A stretch of 64,000 nucleotides of DNA from IMG/VR virus record IMGVR_UViG_3300014039_000016, positions 8,829 to 72,828 of that record; one strand, given 5' to 3'. This document shows, one piece after another, positions 8,557 through 19,014 of this stretch (position 1 is its first letter; the number at the start of each line of letters is the position of its first letter). The notes beneath the pieces are model-generated. The model made no database searches, was not told the origin of the DNA, and worked only from the letters and a program-made list of their open reading frames with translations. This stretch comes from a virus. Made by a program: the position numbers and the translations under genes.

Positions 8557-8593
8557 GCGGGCAGATTTATATAATTTGCCCGTACTTATTTTT
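8557..8593 (+). terminator. Possible intrinsic terminator (gcgggca...tgcccgt followed by acttattttt)
   Basis: A 6-7 bp GC stem with a 13-nt loop and a T-run. Confidence 0.4.
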
Positions 8594-8629
8594 AATTAAT
8601 ATAGTAAGGATTACATCATTGCACTTAAT

Positions 8630-9001
8630 GTGGAGGTGAGTAATTTGAGAAGTTCTCGTGGAGAAATAAAAATTGAAGAAATTTTAACAATGGCAAACTT
8701 ACCTTTTCAAGAGGAGTATAGTTTTCCAGACTTAGTAAGTTCGAGTGGAAGACCATTGCGTTTTGACTTCTGTGTATTCGATGACAATGGAGATATAGAT
8801 TTCTTAATCGAGTATCAAGGCATCCAACACTACGAGGCCAAGTCGAAATTTGGAGGTACTAAAGGATTGTATCGCCAGCAATATAATGATAAGATGAAAA
8901 GAATTTATTGCCAGCAACATAATTATACTTTAGTTATTATTCCTTATTGGGAAGAAGGACTAGTAGATTACGATTATTTATTAAAAGCCGCAGGTTATTG
9001 A
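8630..9001 (+). CDS. Vsr/DUF559-like protein with a PD-(D/E)xK endonuclease fold. It may be a free-standing nuclease
   Basis: RFDFCVFDDNGDIDFLIEYQGIQHYE resembles the DUF559 l.IE.DG.QH signature. Confidence 0.4.
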   Translation: MEVSNLRSSRGEIKIEEILTMANLPFQEEYSFPDLVSSSGRPLRFDFCVFDDNGDIDFLIEYQGIQHYEAKSKFGGTKGLYRQQYNDKMKRIYCQQHNYTLVIIPYWEEGLVDYDYLLKAAGY

Positions 9002-9052
9002 CTTTTAACGAAAATTTTGATATAATAAGAAAGTAAAGGGGGCGAAAGATTA

Positions 9053-10657
9053 GTGACTGAAAGAACCAAGGAGATTAGAGAAAAAGGTTTTGATATGTTT
9101 AATAAAGAACCTTCAGCTCCGACAACCTTTTACAAAGATATGTTTTCTGAAGATAAATCAGATATCTATTTTAGTAGTGTAAAAGTAGGTCAAAAGAAAC
9201 TTGATGATGCAACTTTAACACTTAGTGATTTAAAGAAAGCGAATCCAAGATTAGCTGATAAAAATACTATTTTACAAGCAATAGATAGATATGATTTAAA
9301 ACAAATGAGAGAAATCTCTGATTTCTTTTATCGAACAAGTGGAATTTATTCCAGAATATTAAGATATATGGCATTTATGTATAGATATGATTATTTTATT
9401 ACTCCTTATGTTAATGACTCAAATATGAATAAAGAAAAACTGTTAAAAGGTTTTTATAATTCAATGTCAACTTTAGATAATTTTAAAGTTAAAAAAACAT
9501 TAGGCGAAATCGCATTAAAAGTATTAAGACATGGATGTTATTATGGATATAAAGTTGAACAAAGCGGCGGGGTTGTGTTACAAGAATTACCACCAAATTA
9601 TTGCAGAAGCAGATTCTCAGCTAATGGTAAGCCCGCAGTTGAATTTAATATGAAATTTTTTGATGATAATTTTAGAGACATTCAACAAAGATTACAGGTA
9701 TTAAATATATTCCCTAAAGAGTTTTCTAAGGGATATGTAAAATATAAAAAAGGTTTATTACCACCACAATTCTCAGGTGATACAAATGGTTGGTATTTAT
9801 TAGACCCAAAACAAACAGTTAGATTTACTGCGAATGGAGAAGAATATCCTGCTTTCATTTCTGTAATTCCTTTAATATTAGATTTAGATGAAGCACAAGG
9901 TCTTGATAGAAAGAAAACTTTACAAAGATTATTAAAGCTTGTCGTTCAAAAAATGCCTTTAGACAAGAATGGAGAAATGATTTTTGATATTGATGAAATG
10001 AGAGCTTTTCATAATAATGCAGTTATGATGTTAAAAAATGCTTTAGGCTTAGAGGTTTTAACAACACTTGCGGATGTTAGTGTAGAAGATATGACTGACA
10101 GTAACGCATCCGCGCAAACAGATGATTTACAAAGAGTTGAGCGTCAATTGTATAATGAGGCGGGCGTATCTCAAATGCAATTTAATACAGATGGTAATAT
10201 TGCATTAGAGAAATCTATCTTAAATGATGAAGCTACAATGTATAATATGCTTTTACAATTTGAAGATTTTTTAAATGAATTGTTAGAGCCTTATAATAAA
10301 AGTCCTAAGAAAGTTCAATATAAAGTACAATTATTAACTACAACTATTTACAATTACAAAGAACTTTCAAAAGCATATAAAGAACAAACTCAATTAGGTT
10401 ATTCTAAAATGTTGCCGCAAATAGCCTTAGGTCAAACTCAAAGTAGTATTTTAGCTACTGCTTATTTTGAGAATGAAGTTCTTGATTTGGTTAGTTTATT
10501 CATTCCGCCTATGCAAAGTAGTGTAATGAATGCAGATATGTTAGATAGAACATCTAAAAAAGTTGCAAGCGGAAACGAAAAAGAGGCGGGAAGACCTGAA
10601 AAAGAAGATGACCAAAAATCAACTAAAACTATACAGAACAAAGAAAGTATGAGCTAG
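9053..10657 (+). CDS. Portal protein. The assignment rests on position and size
   Basis: A 534-aa ORF directly after terL. It has a GTG start with a strong RBS (aaagggggcgaaag). Confidence 0.55.
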   Translation: MTERTKEIREKGFDMFNKEPSAPTTFYKDMFSEDKSDIYFSSVKVGQKKLDDATLTLSDLKKANPRLADKNTILQAIDRYDLKQMREISDFFYRTSGIYSRILRYMAFMYRYDYFITPYVNDSNMNKEKLLKGFYNSMSTLDNFKVKKTLGEIALKVLRHGCYYGYKVEQSGGVVLQELPPNYCRSRFSANGKPAVEFNMKFFDDNFRDIQQRLQVLNIFPKEFSKGYVKYKKGLLPPQFSGDTNGWYLLDPKQTVRFTANGEEYPAFISVIPLILDLDEAQGLDRKKTLQRLLKLVVQKMPLDKNGEMIFDIDEMRAFHNNAVMMLKNALGLEVLTTLADVSVEDMTDSNASAQTDDLQRVERQLYNEAGVSQMQFNTDGNIALEKSILNDEATMYNMLLQFEDFLNELLEPYNKSPKKVQYKVQLLTTTIYNYKELSKAYKEQTQLGYSKMLPQIALGQTQSSILATAYFENEVLDLVSLFIPPMQSSVMNADMLDRTSKKVASGNEKEAGRPEKEDDQKSTKTIQNKESMS

Positions 10658-10669
10658 GAGGATTAAATA

Positions 10670-12016
10670 ATGAAACGAGCTTTTAATCGTAGTGTTGCTA
10701 CTATTGATGAGCCAGAGTTTATAAATGTCACTTCAATTAATCCTCTTATCTCCCAATGTGAAGTAAAGGTTTTATATGTAGGTGAAAACCGCAATAAATC
10801 TTTAATCACAAAAGAAGTTGCTAGGAATATGGCGGAAACCCTTCCAGGCTGTCCTATTGTTGGATATTATAGAGCAGATAAAGAAGATTTTTTTGACCAT
10901 GGCGATATTCTTACTATTGATGGAGATGGGATAAAATTTAGTGATGCAACAAGACCTTACGGTTTTGTAGCTCCAAATGCGAAGATTTGGTTTCAGAAAT
11001 TTATTGATACTGATGAAAATGGAGTAGAAACGGAAAGAGAATATTTAATGACGACAGCTTATTTATGGACTGGCTCTTATCCAGAGTGTGAACAAGCTTT
11101 AGACAATGGCAATCCGCAATCTATGAAATTAGAAAAAGACAGTTTAAAAGGAAATTGGGCAAAAACGGAAAATTCTAATGTTGAATTTTTCATAATAAAT
11201 GACGCGATAATTCAAAACTTATGTATTTTAGGAAAAGATGTTGAGCCTTGTTTTGAAGGTGCAAATGTATCTGAGCCAGATATAAGTGCTAATTTTAGTA
11301 AAGAAGATAATAATATTATTACTTTATTTACTATGATGGAGCAATTAAAAGAATTATTAACTACTCAAAAAGAAGGAGGACAAAGTTCAATGAGTATGGT
11401 CGAAGAGACTAAGCTTGATGATATTTCTGTTGAAAAATTTTCAAAAGAGCAGGACAAAAATGATGAAACTGTTCAAGAGAAAAATGAAAATACAATAGAA
11501 GAGTTCAAGAAACAGGATGAAGAAGAGAAACCTTCTGATAACAAAGAAGATGAATCTAAGGATAATAAAGAAGAGAAGTCTTCTGATAATAAAGACGAAA
11601 AAGATAGTGAAGACAAAGATGAAGATAAAAAGAAAAATGAGAATTTTGAATTACTTCAATCAGAGTTTGATGCCCTTCAGGCTAAATATACTTCATTAGA
11701 GGAGTCTTATAACGAACTCGTAGCTTTCAAGAAAAGCATCGAAGATAAGCAGAAAGATGAATTAATTCAGTCTTTTTATATGCTTAGCGATGAAGATAAG
11801 AAAGATGTCATTGAAAATAAGTCTAATTATAGTTTAGATGATATTGAGAAGGAACTTTCAGTTATTTGCGTAAGAAAGAAAGTTAATTTCAATTTAGATG
11901 ATGACAAAGAAGATTCTAAAGATGTTTCAACAACATTTAATTTAGATTCTTTAGAATCTGATAGTGATTTACCAGCTTGGTTAAAAGCGGTAGAGTCTAC
12001 AGCTAAAAAGCATTAA
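10670..12016 (+). CDS. Scaffolding-like protein with a globular N-terminal domain, a long acidic Lys/Asp/Glu repeat and a C-terminal coiled-coil. It may include a prohead protease domain
   Basis: Composition, and its position between the portal and capsid genes. Confidence 0.45.
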   Translation: MKRAFNRSVATIDEPEFINVTSINPLISQCEVKVLYVGENRNKSLITKEVARNMAETLPGCPIVGYYRADKEDFFDHGDILTIDGDGIKFSDATRPYGFVAPNAKIWFQKFIDTDENGVETEREYLMTTAYLWTGSYPECEQALDNGNPQSMKLEKDSLKGNWAKTENSNVEFFIINDAIIQNLCILGKDVEPCFEGANVSEPDISANFSKEDNNIITLFTMMEQLKELLTTQKEGGQSSMSMVEETKLDDISVEKFSKEQDKNDETVQEKNENTIEEFKKQDEEEKPSDNKEDESKDNKEEKSSDNKDEKDSEDKDEDKKKNENFELLQSEFDALQAKYTSLEESYNELVAFKKSIEDKQKDELIQSFYMLSDEDKKDVIENKSNYSLDDIEKELSVICVRKKVNFNLDDDKEDSKDVSTTFNLDSLESDSDLPAWLKAVESTAKKH

Positions 12017-12038
12017 TTAAAATAGGAGGAATATAAAA

Positions 12039-12746
12039 ATGGCATTTACTAGAATTGGTTTTGGTCAGGTTGAAGAAAACCAGATGTCTTACTACCATAC
12101 AGGTCAGATGTTTGCTAGTTTACCTCTTGATACATCAGTACAGTTACTTCAGAATGGTGAATTTATGTACTATGATTATGCAAGTGGAAAGGTAACAGCA
12201 GAACCTACAGTTGAGGGTGTGGAACCTATGTTGGTATTAAATGAAATTAAGGTTTATGAAGATTACCTTGCAAATAAAGATTTTGCTATGATGAGAGTAG
12301 GAGAGAACTATGTTACTAATCCTGCGGCAATCGGTAGAATTACTTCTGTAGTTATTGACCCTGCAACAGGTGAGGCAGCTAATCCTTACGGTGATGGTTC
12401 AAGAACTGTAAGCGCAACAATTGACCCAGCTCACACAGAGTATGGTTATAGAATGGATGGTATGGCTCCAAGAGTTGTAAAGACTAATATTGGAGACATT
12501 TATACAACAAACATGGTAGTTACAGGTGTTGATTATACAGTTGGCAATATCTTAGTTCCAACAAAGACACAGACAACAGTTAATGATTTAACTAATGGTG
12601 GAACAACACAGCAGTATACTTTAGTTCTTGCAAAGAACTCAGAAGGCGATAACACATTACCTGCTAAGGGTATGGCTTGGGCAGTAGTTAAGGTTTACAC
12701 AATGCCAGACGGACAGCCTGGATTAAAGTTACAAAGAGTACAGTAA
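12039..12746 (+). CDS. Head protein, either a decoration or minor capsid protein
   Basis: Its position before the major capsid gene, its higher GC and its strongly biased codon usage. Confidence 0.4.
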   Translation: MAFTRIGFGQVEENQMSYYHTGQMFASLPLDTSVQLLQNGEFMYYDYASGKVTAEPTVEGVEPMLVLNEIKVYEDYLANKDFAMMRVGENYVTNPAAIGRITSVVIDPATGEAANPYGDGSRTVSATIDPAHTEYGYRMDGMAPRVVKTNIGDIYTTNMVVTGVDYTVGNILVPTKTQTTVNDLTNGGTTQQYTLVLAKNSEGDNTLPAKGMAWAVVKVYTMPDGQPGLKLQRVQ

Positions 12747-12764
12747 TAGGAGGAAAAGATAATA

Positions 12765-13799
12765 ATGGCATTACAGTATAGTGATATGTTAGCATTATGT
12801 AAGACAGTTGCTAAAGCTAATCCAGCTTCTCCTGTTGCTTATAGCTTCGGAGATAAAAAGTTTGGTTATGAAGATATGCATGAAACACTTCGTTCAGAGT
12901 TTCAGGCTTTAGCTCCAGATTACAGAACTTATGTAGAGAATCAGAATACAATATTCAGATTATTAGAAGAAACTTTCGATGATGTTTTACCAGAGAGAGT
13001 TATGCAGCAATATTCTCAGTTTGCTGAAATTAAGACATTTGCGCAGGGAGATAGGCCTATTTTCTTACAGAGAATTACAACAGCTTCTCGTAGAAGAGCA
13101 AAGCAGTTCATCGGTAAGGTTGGCTTAAATGGTATGTACGAGGCATTCAGACTTGATGGCCGTGCTTACGAAGTAACAACTAACGCTATTGGTGGCGCTG
13201 CTAGAATCGGTTTCGAGGAATTTCTTGATGGTCGTGTAAATATGGCAGATGTCCTTGATATCGTTCTTGAAGGTCTTGATGAGTGCATTTATGTTGAGAT
13301 TGAGAAGCAATTAATCGGAGCTGCTAAGAACGTTCAGGCAGCAAATAAGCATTCAGATAGTAAATTCAATGAATCACAGATGGATAGATTACTTTCTATT
13401 GCTGATTCTTATGGAAAATCAACAATTTATTGCACTTTTGAATTTGCAGCAACAATGATTCCTTCAGAAGGTTGGATTTCAGATGAAATGAGAAATCAGA
13501 AATGGAATAATGGTTACCTTGGTAACTATAAGGGACATACAGTAATTGTATTACCACAGTCTTTTGAAGATGAAACAAATACAACAAAGGTTATTGACCC
13601 ATCATATGCATTTATTATTCCTACTGGTGCTGAGAAGCCAGTTAAGATTGCATTTGAAGGTGGTACAATCGCTAAGAGCTTCACAGGATATGATAACTCA
13701 GAAGAGATTCATATTTATAAGAAGGTCGGTGTAAGAGCTATATTCTCTAACGCAATTTGCGTATATCAGAATACAACTCTTAAGAGAAAAGTAGCCTAA
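12765..13799 (+). CDS. Major capsid protein
   Basis: A 344-aa ORF in a highly expressed context, followed by a strong terminator. Its position follows the scaffold gene. Confidence 0.6.
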   Translation: MALQYSDMLALCKTVAKANPASPVAYSFGDKKFGYEDMHETLRSEFQALAPDYRTYVENQNTIFRLLEETFDDVLPERVMQQYSQFAEIKTFAQGDRPIFLQRITTASRRRAKQFIGKVGLNGMYEAFRLDGRAYEVTTNAIGGAARIGFEEFLDGRVNMADVLDIVLEGLDECIYVEIEKQLIGAAKNVQAANKHSDSKFNESQMDRLLSIADSYGKSTIYCTFEFAATMIPSEGWISDEMRNQKWNNGYLGNYKGHTVIVLPQSFEDETNTTKVIDPSYAFIIPTGAEKPVKIAFEGGTIAKSFTGYDNSEEIHIYKKVGVRAIFSNAICVYQNTTLKRKVA

Positions 13800-13812
13800 G
13801 TAAAATTTAATA

Positions 13813-13846
13813 GGGGAGATAATTAATTTTATCTCCCCATTTTTTT
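13813..13846 (+). terminator. Rho-independent terminator (ggggagata / tatctcccc followed by T8)
   Basis: A perfect 9-bp stem followed by attttttttt. Confidence 0.85.
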
Positions 13847-13871
13847 TAGAGATAAAAGGAGAATAAAAGTA

Positions 13872-14465
13872 ATGGACGGAAATAAGTTAATTTCAGTTAG
13901 AAATAGAAATAATGGTTCTACAGGATATTCTATTCCAGATAGAAATATTACTAGACTTTGGAATGTACCAGGAGAAACAAAAAATATTCCTTTTGCGGAA
14001 TTACAGAGTTTACAGTATGTTCCTGGCGGAGAGTACATTCTTGAGAATCTTTTAACTGTTGAAGATGATGAAGCTTTAAATGCATTAAATATGCATGTTG
14101 AGCCAGAATATAAATATACAGAAGAAGATATTAAGAGTATACTTTTATCTGTAGATAATGATAGTTTAGATAGACTTGAAGATTTCTTAAACTTCAGTCC
14201 CGCAGGTGGAATTGATTTAGCTCAAAAATTAGCAGTTGAGTTAGAGATTCCAGATACAAGAAAAAGAAAAATGATTTCTGAAAAAACAGGATTAAATATA
14301 GATAATGCTATTATGATTAATCATATGATGAATGATGATGATAACGAAGAAGAGAAAGCTGATGCTCCAAAAAGAAAGACAACTCCATTAGGAGAAGAAA
14401 AGAAAAGCACAGCTCCAGTAAGAAAGACAACTCCTAAGTATGTTGTGACATCAATGGGAAAATAG
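13872..14465 (+). CDS. Hypothetical head-tail region protein
   Basis: ORF with an RBS. Its C-terminus is acidic and Lys-rich. Confidence 0.5.
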   Translation: MDGNKLISVRNRNNGSTGYSIPDRNITRLWNVPGETKNIPFAELQSLQYVPGGEYILENLLTVEDDEALNALNMHVEPEYKYTEEDIKSILLSVDNDSLDRLEDFLNFSPAGGIDLAQKLAVELEIPDTRKRKMISEKTGLNIDNAIMINHMMNDDDNEEEKADAPKRKTTPLGEEKKSTAPVRKTTPKYVVTSMGK

Positions 14466-14495
14466 TATATAGGAAAGAGAGGTGCTTTATTTATA

Positions 14496-15098
14496 ATGAG
14501 CGGAATATACACCTCATTCTCGACCATATATGATAATTTTTTAACAAGAGTAACTTCTGATATGTACATGGAATGGACTGAATTAGATACCTATAGTCAT
14601 TTACAAGATTTATTAACAGTATCAATTCCTAGATTCGAGTTTCCGCGATTTAATATCTTTGATTATGAAGAAGGATATTATGATAGTTTAGGTATATATT
14701 CTGGAGTTGAAAGTAATAATATTGAAGTGCCTGCGGCTGGATGGGTCGGAGGCACTTTTCATAATAATCTGACTCTTGAAGAAATTAATATTATTGCATT
14801 AAATATGGTTATAGAATGGTTAGGACAGCAATTATCAACAACTGATAATACTGTTATGAAATACAGTGGAAGTGATTTTAAATTTTCATCACAAGCAAAT
14901 CATATGGCGAAAATTAAAAATTTACTTGAAAAATATGAACAAGAATCTAACCATCTTCAAAAGTTATATAAAAGAAGAATTGTTGATAAAGATGGTTCTA
15001 TAAAAACTACTATTTCTACATTAATGATGCCTTTCTCTTCTCCGGAAGAAGAACAAATGAAAGGAGTGTTTTTCAATGGTTATGAAATACGACATTGA
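14496..15098 (+). CDS. Hypothetical protein, a candidate head-tail connector
   Basis: ORF, placed by synteny. Confidence 0.45.
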   Translation: MSGIYTSFSTIYDNFLTRVTSDMYMEWTELDTYSHLQDLLTVSIPRFEFPRFNIFDYEEGYYDSLGIYSGVESNNIEVPAAGWVGGTFHNNLTLEEINIIALNMVIEWLGQQLSTTDNTVMKYSGSDFKFSSQANHMAKIKNLLEKYEQESNHLQKLYKRRIVDKDGSIKTTISTLMMPFSSPEEEQMKGVFFNGYEIRH

Positions 15099-15387
15099 TA
15101 TTAGTGTTAAAGCAGTTGAAAAGAACTTAGATAGAATTACAAATCGTATTTTTAAACTACTTCCTTCAAGAGAAGAAGGAGATGATTGGCAAACTCCTTT
15201 AAAAAATTTAATTGTGGAAATTGGTGGAATGTCAAGTTTGTTGTACGACCAAACAGACTTATTACATTTATTATGTAAATTAGAAGGTTTACTAGTCTTA
15301 ACTGAAGATGCTGATTTTTTAGTGTTTAGAGCAACAATATTTGAATGTTTAGGATTAGTAAGTAAAATAAAACAATGTCTGGCTTAG
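15076..15387 (+). CDS. Hypothetical head-tail joining protein
   Basis: A short ORF that overlaps its neighbours. Confidence 0.45.
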   Translation: MVMKYDIDISVKAVEKNLDRITNRIFKLLPSREEGDDWQTPLKNLIVEIGGMSSLLYDQTDLLHLLCKLEGLLVLTEDADFLVFRATIFECLGLVSKIKQCLA

Positions 15388-16325
15388 ATAATATGAAACA
15401 AAGACTTGATAGTCGCGGTGGTTTTCTTAATGGTCGTAATGTAAAAGGAAAATTAAATTCTTTTCATGCCGCACTTAATAATTCCTATCAGTCAGAATGG
15501 GTTACAGTTAATAAGGGAAAAGAGAATGAACAAAAAGTACATTGTCTTATAAACCCTAGTAGATTAACAGAGGAGTTTGATAAGAAAGTTATTTCTGTCG
15601 ATTTTGATAAAGGTATAACTGAAGGAACTGTGTTCTATTGGGATAGGACAGAAAAATATTGGATTGTAAATTTACAACAACATACTGAAGAAGCTTACTT
15701 TAGAGGAGATATTACAAGATGTGATTATCAAGTTGATATTGATGGAGAGCATTATTGGGTTTATCTTCGAGGTCCAATAGAAACAGATATATCTTGGAGT
15801 CAAAAACATGATATATATTTTAATAATCTTAATTATTCTATGTTAATGCATATAACAAAGAATAAAAAAACTTTAGATTATTTTTCACGATTTAATGTAG
15901 TTAAAGTAAGTTTTTCTTATATAGATGAAAATGGTGAAAAACAAGAAGAATGGCATAGATGGCAAGTTGCGGCAACGGATAAATATTCCAATAATAATAT
16001 TATTGAAGTGTATTTGAATGAATATGCGGATAATCCGATTGAAGAAGATAAAACCAAGGAAGAGGAGAAAGAATTCTCACCTGAGGAAGCCTATATCGAC
16101 GGTCCGCAATTTATAAACCCTTATGATGAAAATATCGTTTATACTATTAAAAATAGTGTTGGCGGAAGCTTTGTAGTTAATTCTAATAAAGTTAAAATTG
16201 TTAAATCGAATGATAATTCATTAACATTAAATGTTTTAACAGGAAAATCTGCAAAGTTTGATATTATATATCGGAAACCTGATGAAGATGATATTATTCT
16301 TAATGTAACCATTAAATCATTATAG
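15375..16325 (+). CDS. Hypothetical structural protein
   Basis: ORF. Confidence 0.45.
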   Translation: MSGLDNMKQRLDSRGGFLNGRNVKGKLNSFHAALNNSYQSEWVTVNKGKENEQKVHCLINPSRLTEEFDKKVISVDFDKGITEGTVFYWDRTEKYWIVNLQQHTEEAYFRGDITRCDYQVDIDGEHYWVYLRGPIETDISWSQKHDIYFNNLNYSMLMHITKNKKTLDYFSRFNVVKVSFSYIDENGEKQEEWHRWQVAATDKYSNNNIIEVYLNEYADNPIEEDKTKEEEKEFSPEEAYIDGPQFINPYDENIVYTIKNSVGGSFVVNSNKVKIVKSNDNSLTLNVLTGKSAKFDIIYRKPDEDDIILNVTIKSL

Positions 16326-16343
16326 AGATAAAAGGAGAATAGA

Positions 16344-16952
16344 ATGGGAGTTAGAAGTCAGAAAATGAACTCGACTCTTCAAGGAGAGCCAAAGTCTTCT
16401 TTTCTTTCATGCGAAAAGGATTTGGAAGCAATTATTCATAAACTTTTTGTTGAAGACAGAACTGTAAGTAACTATTTAAAACGATTACTTGCAGTAAACA
16501 CTTCAGATTGTTTAATTGATAAAACAAATCCTGCTTATATAGATAAGATAAATAAATTATCTATAAAAAAATTATTAGATGACAAATATATTAGAATAAG
16601 TCCAAAGATTGAAAGAAAAGAAAATGAAGAAGTAAAATCATATATTAGAATTAATTTTGATAATTTTACTGAATCTAGTAATCCAGAATATAGAGATTGT
16701 ATAGTTGAAATAGATGTTTTATGTCACACTGATTACTGGGAGTTAGAAAATTATCAATTAAGACCAATAAAAATTGTTGGATATATAGACGCCATTTTAA
16801 ATAAAGCAAAACTTTCGGGAATAGGAACACTAAACTTTTTTGGTTGTACTGAAGTAACTTTAAGTAATGATTTATCTGGTTATTGCTTAATGTATCAAGC
16901 AACACATGGAAGTGATGATTCAATTCCTGAAGAAGATGAAGATAATGATTAA
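16344..16952 (+). CDS. Hypothetical structural protein
   Basis: ORF with an AAAGGAG RBS. Confidence 0.45.
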   Translation: MGVRSQKMNSTLQGEPKSSFLSCEKDLEAIIHKLFVEDRTVSNYLKRLLAVNTSDCLIDKTNPAYIDKINKLSIKKLLDDKYIRISPKIERKENEEVKSYIRINFDNFTESSNPEYRDCIVEIDVLCHTDYWELENYQLRPIKIVGYIDAILNKAKLSGIGTLNFFGCTEVTLSNDLSGYCLMYQATHGSDDSIPEEDEDND

Positions 16953-17694
16953 TGAGTTATTATTATTATCAAAGAACGATGTTCCTTTTATTGAAGGACA
17001 TGCAGTAATCCATAATCCAACAATGAATGAAATTGCTCTTATAGGAGAACGAGCTTTTAATATTGGTACACAATTTTTAAATTTTTCTAAAGAACTTTTA
17101 TCTTCTAAGGACAAAAATGATTTAGAGGATAAAAGCGATTTTGATATATTTATGTCAGTAATGAATAGCCATGAGCGCTATGAATATAGAACTGACGCGA
17201 TGCTAGTATTAGCATTATTATTTCCAAACTGTCAATTAAAGATAGATAAAGATAAACTTATTTTGAAAGACCAGAATGGTGAAATCTTTATGGAAATAAA
17301 TAATGATAATTTTACTTCTTTTAGAGATAAAATAAGTGATTTATTTTGTCTTAAAAAAGTTACAACTACTGCGGCGGTCTATGACCCTGCAGATAAGCAA
17401 GCCCGCAAGATAGCTGAGAAATTAAAAAAGAGACATGAGACTCTTGATAAGAAAAAGAATAATGGGGAAAATGAGAACCAAAAAGTTTCGATATTTGTTC
17501 GATACATTTCTATTCTTTCTGTTGGTAATCATAAAGATATAAATGAACTTATGAATTACACAGTTTATCAACTATTAGATGAGTTTACTCGTTTTCAAAA
17601 GAAACAAAGTTTTGATGCTTATGTTCAAGCTAAAATTGCAGGAGCTAAAGATTTAGAAGAAGTTGAAAATTGGATGGAAGATATCCATTCATAG
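16936..17694 (+). CDS. Hypothetical structural protein. The start is uncertain between 16906, 16936 and 16945
   Basis: An ORF that overlaps the previous stop. Confidence 0.4.
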   Translation: MKIMINELLLLSKNDVPFIEGHAVIHNPTMNEIALIGERAFNIGTQFLNFSKELLSSKDKNDLEDKSDFDIFMSVMNSHERYEYRTDAMLVLALLFPNCQLKIDKDKLILKDQNGEIFMEINNDNFTSFRDKISDLFCLKKVTTTAAVYDPADKQARKIAEKLKKRHETLDKKKNNGENENQKVSIFVRYISILSVGNHKDINELMNYTVYQLLDEFTRFQKKQSFDAYVQAKIAGAKDLEEVENWMEDIHS

Positions 17695-17723
17695 TAAATT
17701 ATTTATTTAAGGAGGAAAATATA

Positions 17724-18689
17724 ATGAAGTTCGGTGTCCGCGAGATATGCGATGTAACTTTTAAGGCTACATCTAATAACCAAAAAATCGGAAAGAAAAC
17801 TTTCAAAGCTGGACAGCCAGCATTTTTCATTGATAGTGCAAAAACATCTACTTTAGAGCAGGCTACAACAACAGTATATGCTCAAGGTGGTAAAGGTAAT
17901 TCTCGTCTTATTGCTTGGGAAGGTGAGAAGACTATGACTTTTACAGTTGAAGATGCTTTAATTTCTCCACAGGGTCTTGCTGTACTTTCAGGTGCAGGAT
18001 TACTTGAAGCTGGTGAAAATGCAATTCAGCATGTTCATGTTACTATTGATGCAACAGTTGGCGAAGATGGCAAAGCAGAAGTAAGTTTAGATGAACTTAA
18101 TGATGAATTAGGCACAAACGAAGAAGAGCTTACTATTTGCGGAGATATCCCAGTATACGCTACAAAGCTTGATGGTTCAGGCGCAGGTATTGATTATTAT
18201 TCAGATGTTACACTTACAGGTGCAACAGGAACAAGTAATGATTATCTTGTAAAGGTTAGTGATAACGCTGAATTTACAATTAAAGATGACACATCTTCAG
18301 CAGTTGCTAAGGGTACTATTGTTAAGTTAGACTTCTATGTAGCAATGAAGAAAGGTGTATCTGAAATCACTATTGCTCCAGAAGATTTCGGTGGATATTA
18401 CTATGTTGAAGCTGATACTTTATTCAGAAGTGAAGCTACTGGTAAAGATATGGCAGCTACAATTACAATTCCTAAGGCTAAAGTACAGTCAGCAATGACA
18501 TTTACAATGGCTTCTAGTGGAGACCCAAGTACATTTACATTCACAATGGATGCATTCCCTGGATATACTTACTTTGATAGAACAAAAAAAGTTATGTGTA
18601 CTATCCAGGTTGTAGGCACAGATGGAACAACAGAGGATGAAACATACCATAAAGATGTTCCAGCAGATACTCACAAAGCTACACCCTAA
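17724..18689 (+). CDS. Major tail (tube) protein in its frame-0 form
   Basis: An AAGGAGGA RBS. Its position before the chaperone and TMP genes. High GC and biased codon usage. It ends ...KATP at CCC_UAA. Confidence 0.6.
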   Translation: MKFGVREICDVTFKATSNNQKIGKKTFKAGQPAFFIDSAKTSTLEQATTTVYAQGGKGNSRLIAWEGEKTMTFTVEDALISPQGLAVLSGAGLLEAGENAIQHVHVTIDATVGEDGKAEVSLDELNDELGTNEEELTICGDIPVYATKLDGSGAGIDYYSDVTLTGATGTSNDYLVKVSDNAEFTIKDDTSSAVAKGTIVKLDFYVAMKKGVSEITIAPEDFGGYYYVEADTLFRSEATGKDMAATITIPKAKVQSAMTFTMASSGDPSTFTFTMDAFPGYTYFDRTKKVMCTIQVVGTDGTTEDETYHKDVPADTHKATP

Positions 18690-18987
18690 AGAAGAGCCGG
18701 CAGAGCCGGTATACACTATTTCATTAGGAGAACCTGATAATAGTGTTGTAGGAAAAGTATCGTGGGATGTTACAGTTCAGAAAGATGGTAAAACAGAAGG
18801 AACTTATGCATTAGTAAGTTCTACTGTAAATGCTCTTGATGCAACAGATAACACAACAGTAGTAGGAAATAAGGTAACAGTTGACTATACAACAGCAGGA
18901 GGAACTTCTGATGAAGAAGTTAAGATTGTTGTTAAATGTGTAGAAGATAACAGCAAGACTGTTACTGGAACTTATACAATCGCGTAA
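18616..18987 (+). other. +1-frame C-terminal extension encoding an Ig-like (Big_2-like) domain, reached by programmed +1 frameshifting at CCC_UAA (18684-18689)
   Basis: The +1 frame is open from 18616 to 18987 with no RBS. The extension VYTISLGEPDNSVVGKVSWDVTVQ...TVTGTYTIA resembles phage Ig-like decoration domains. A terminator follows. Confidence 0.6.
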
Positions 18988-19014
18988 GCGGGAATCCCGG
19001 TCAAGGATTTCTAT

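Noticed and set aside
11517-11699. 60-aa Lys-rich ORF listed in the track
   Set aside because: It is an alternative frame of the GA-rich acidic repeat inside the scaffold gene, so it is spurious.
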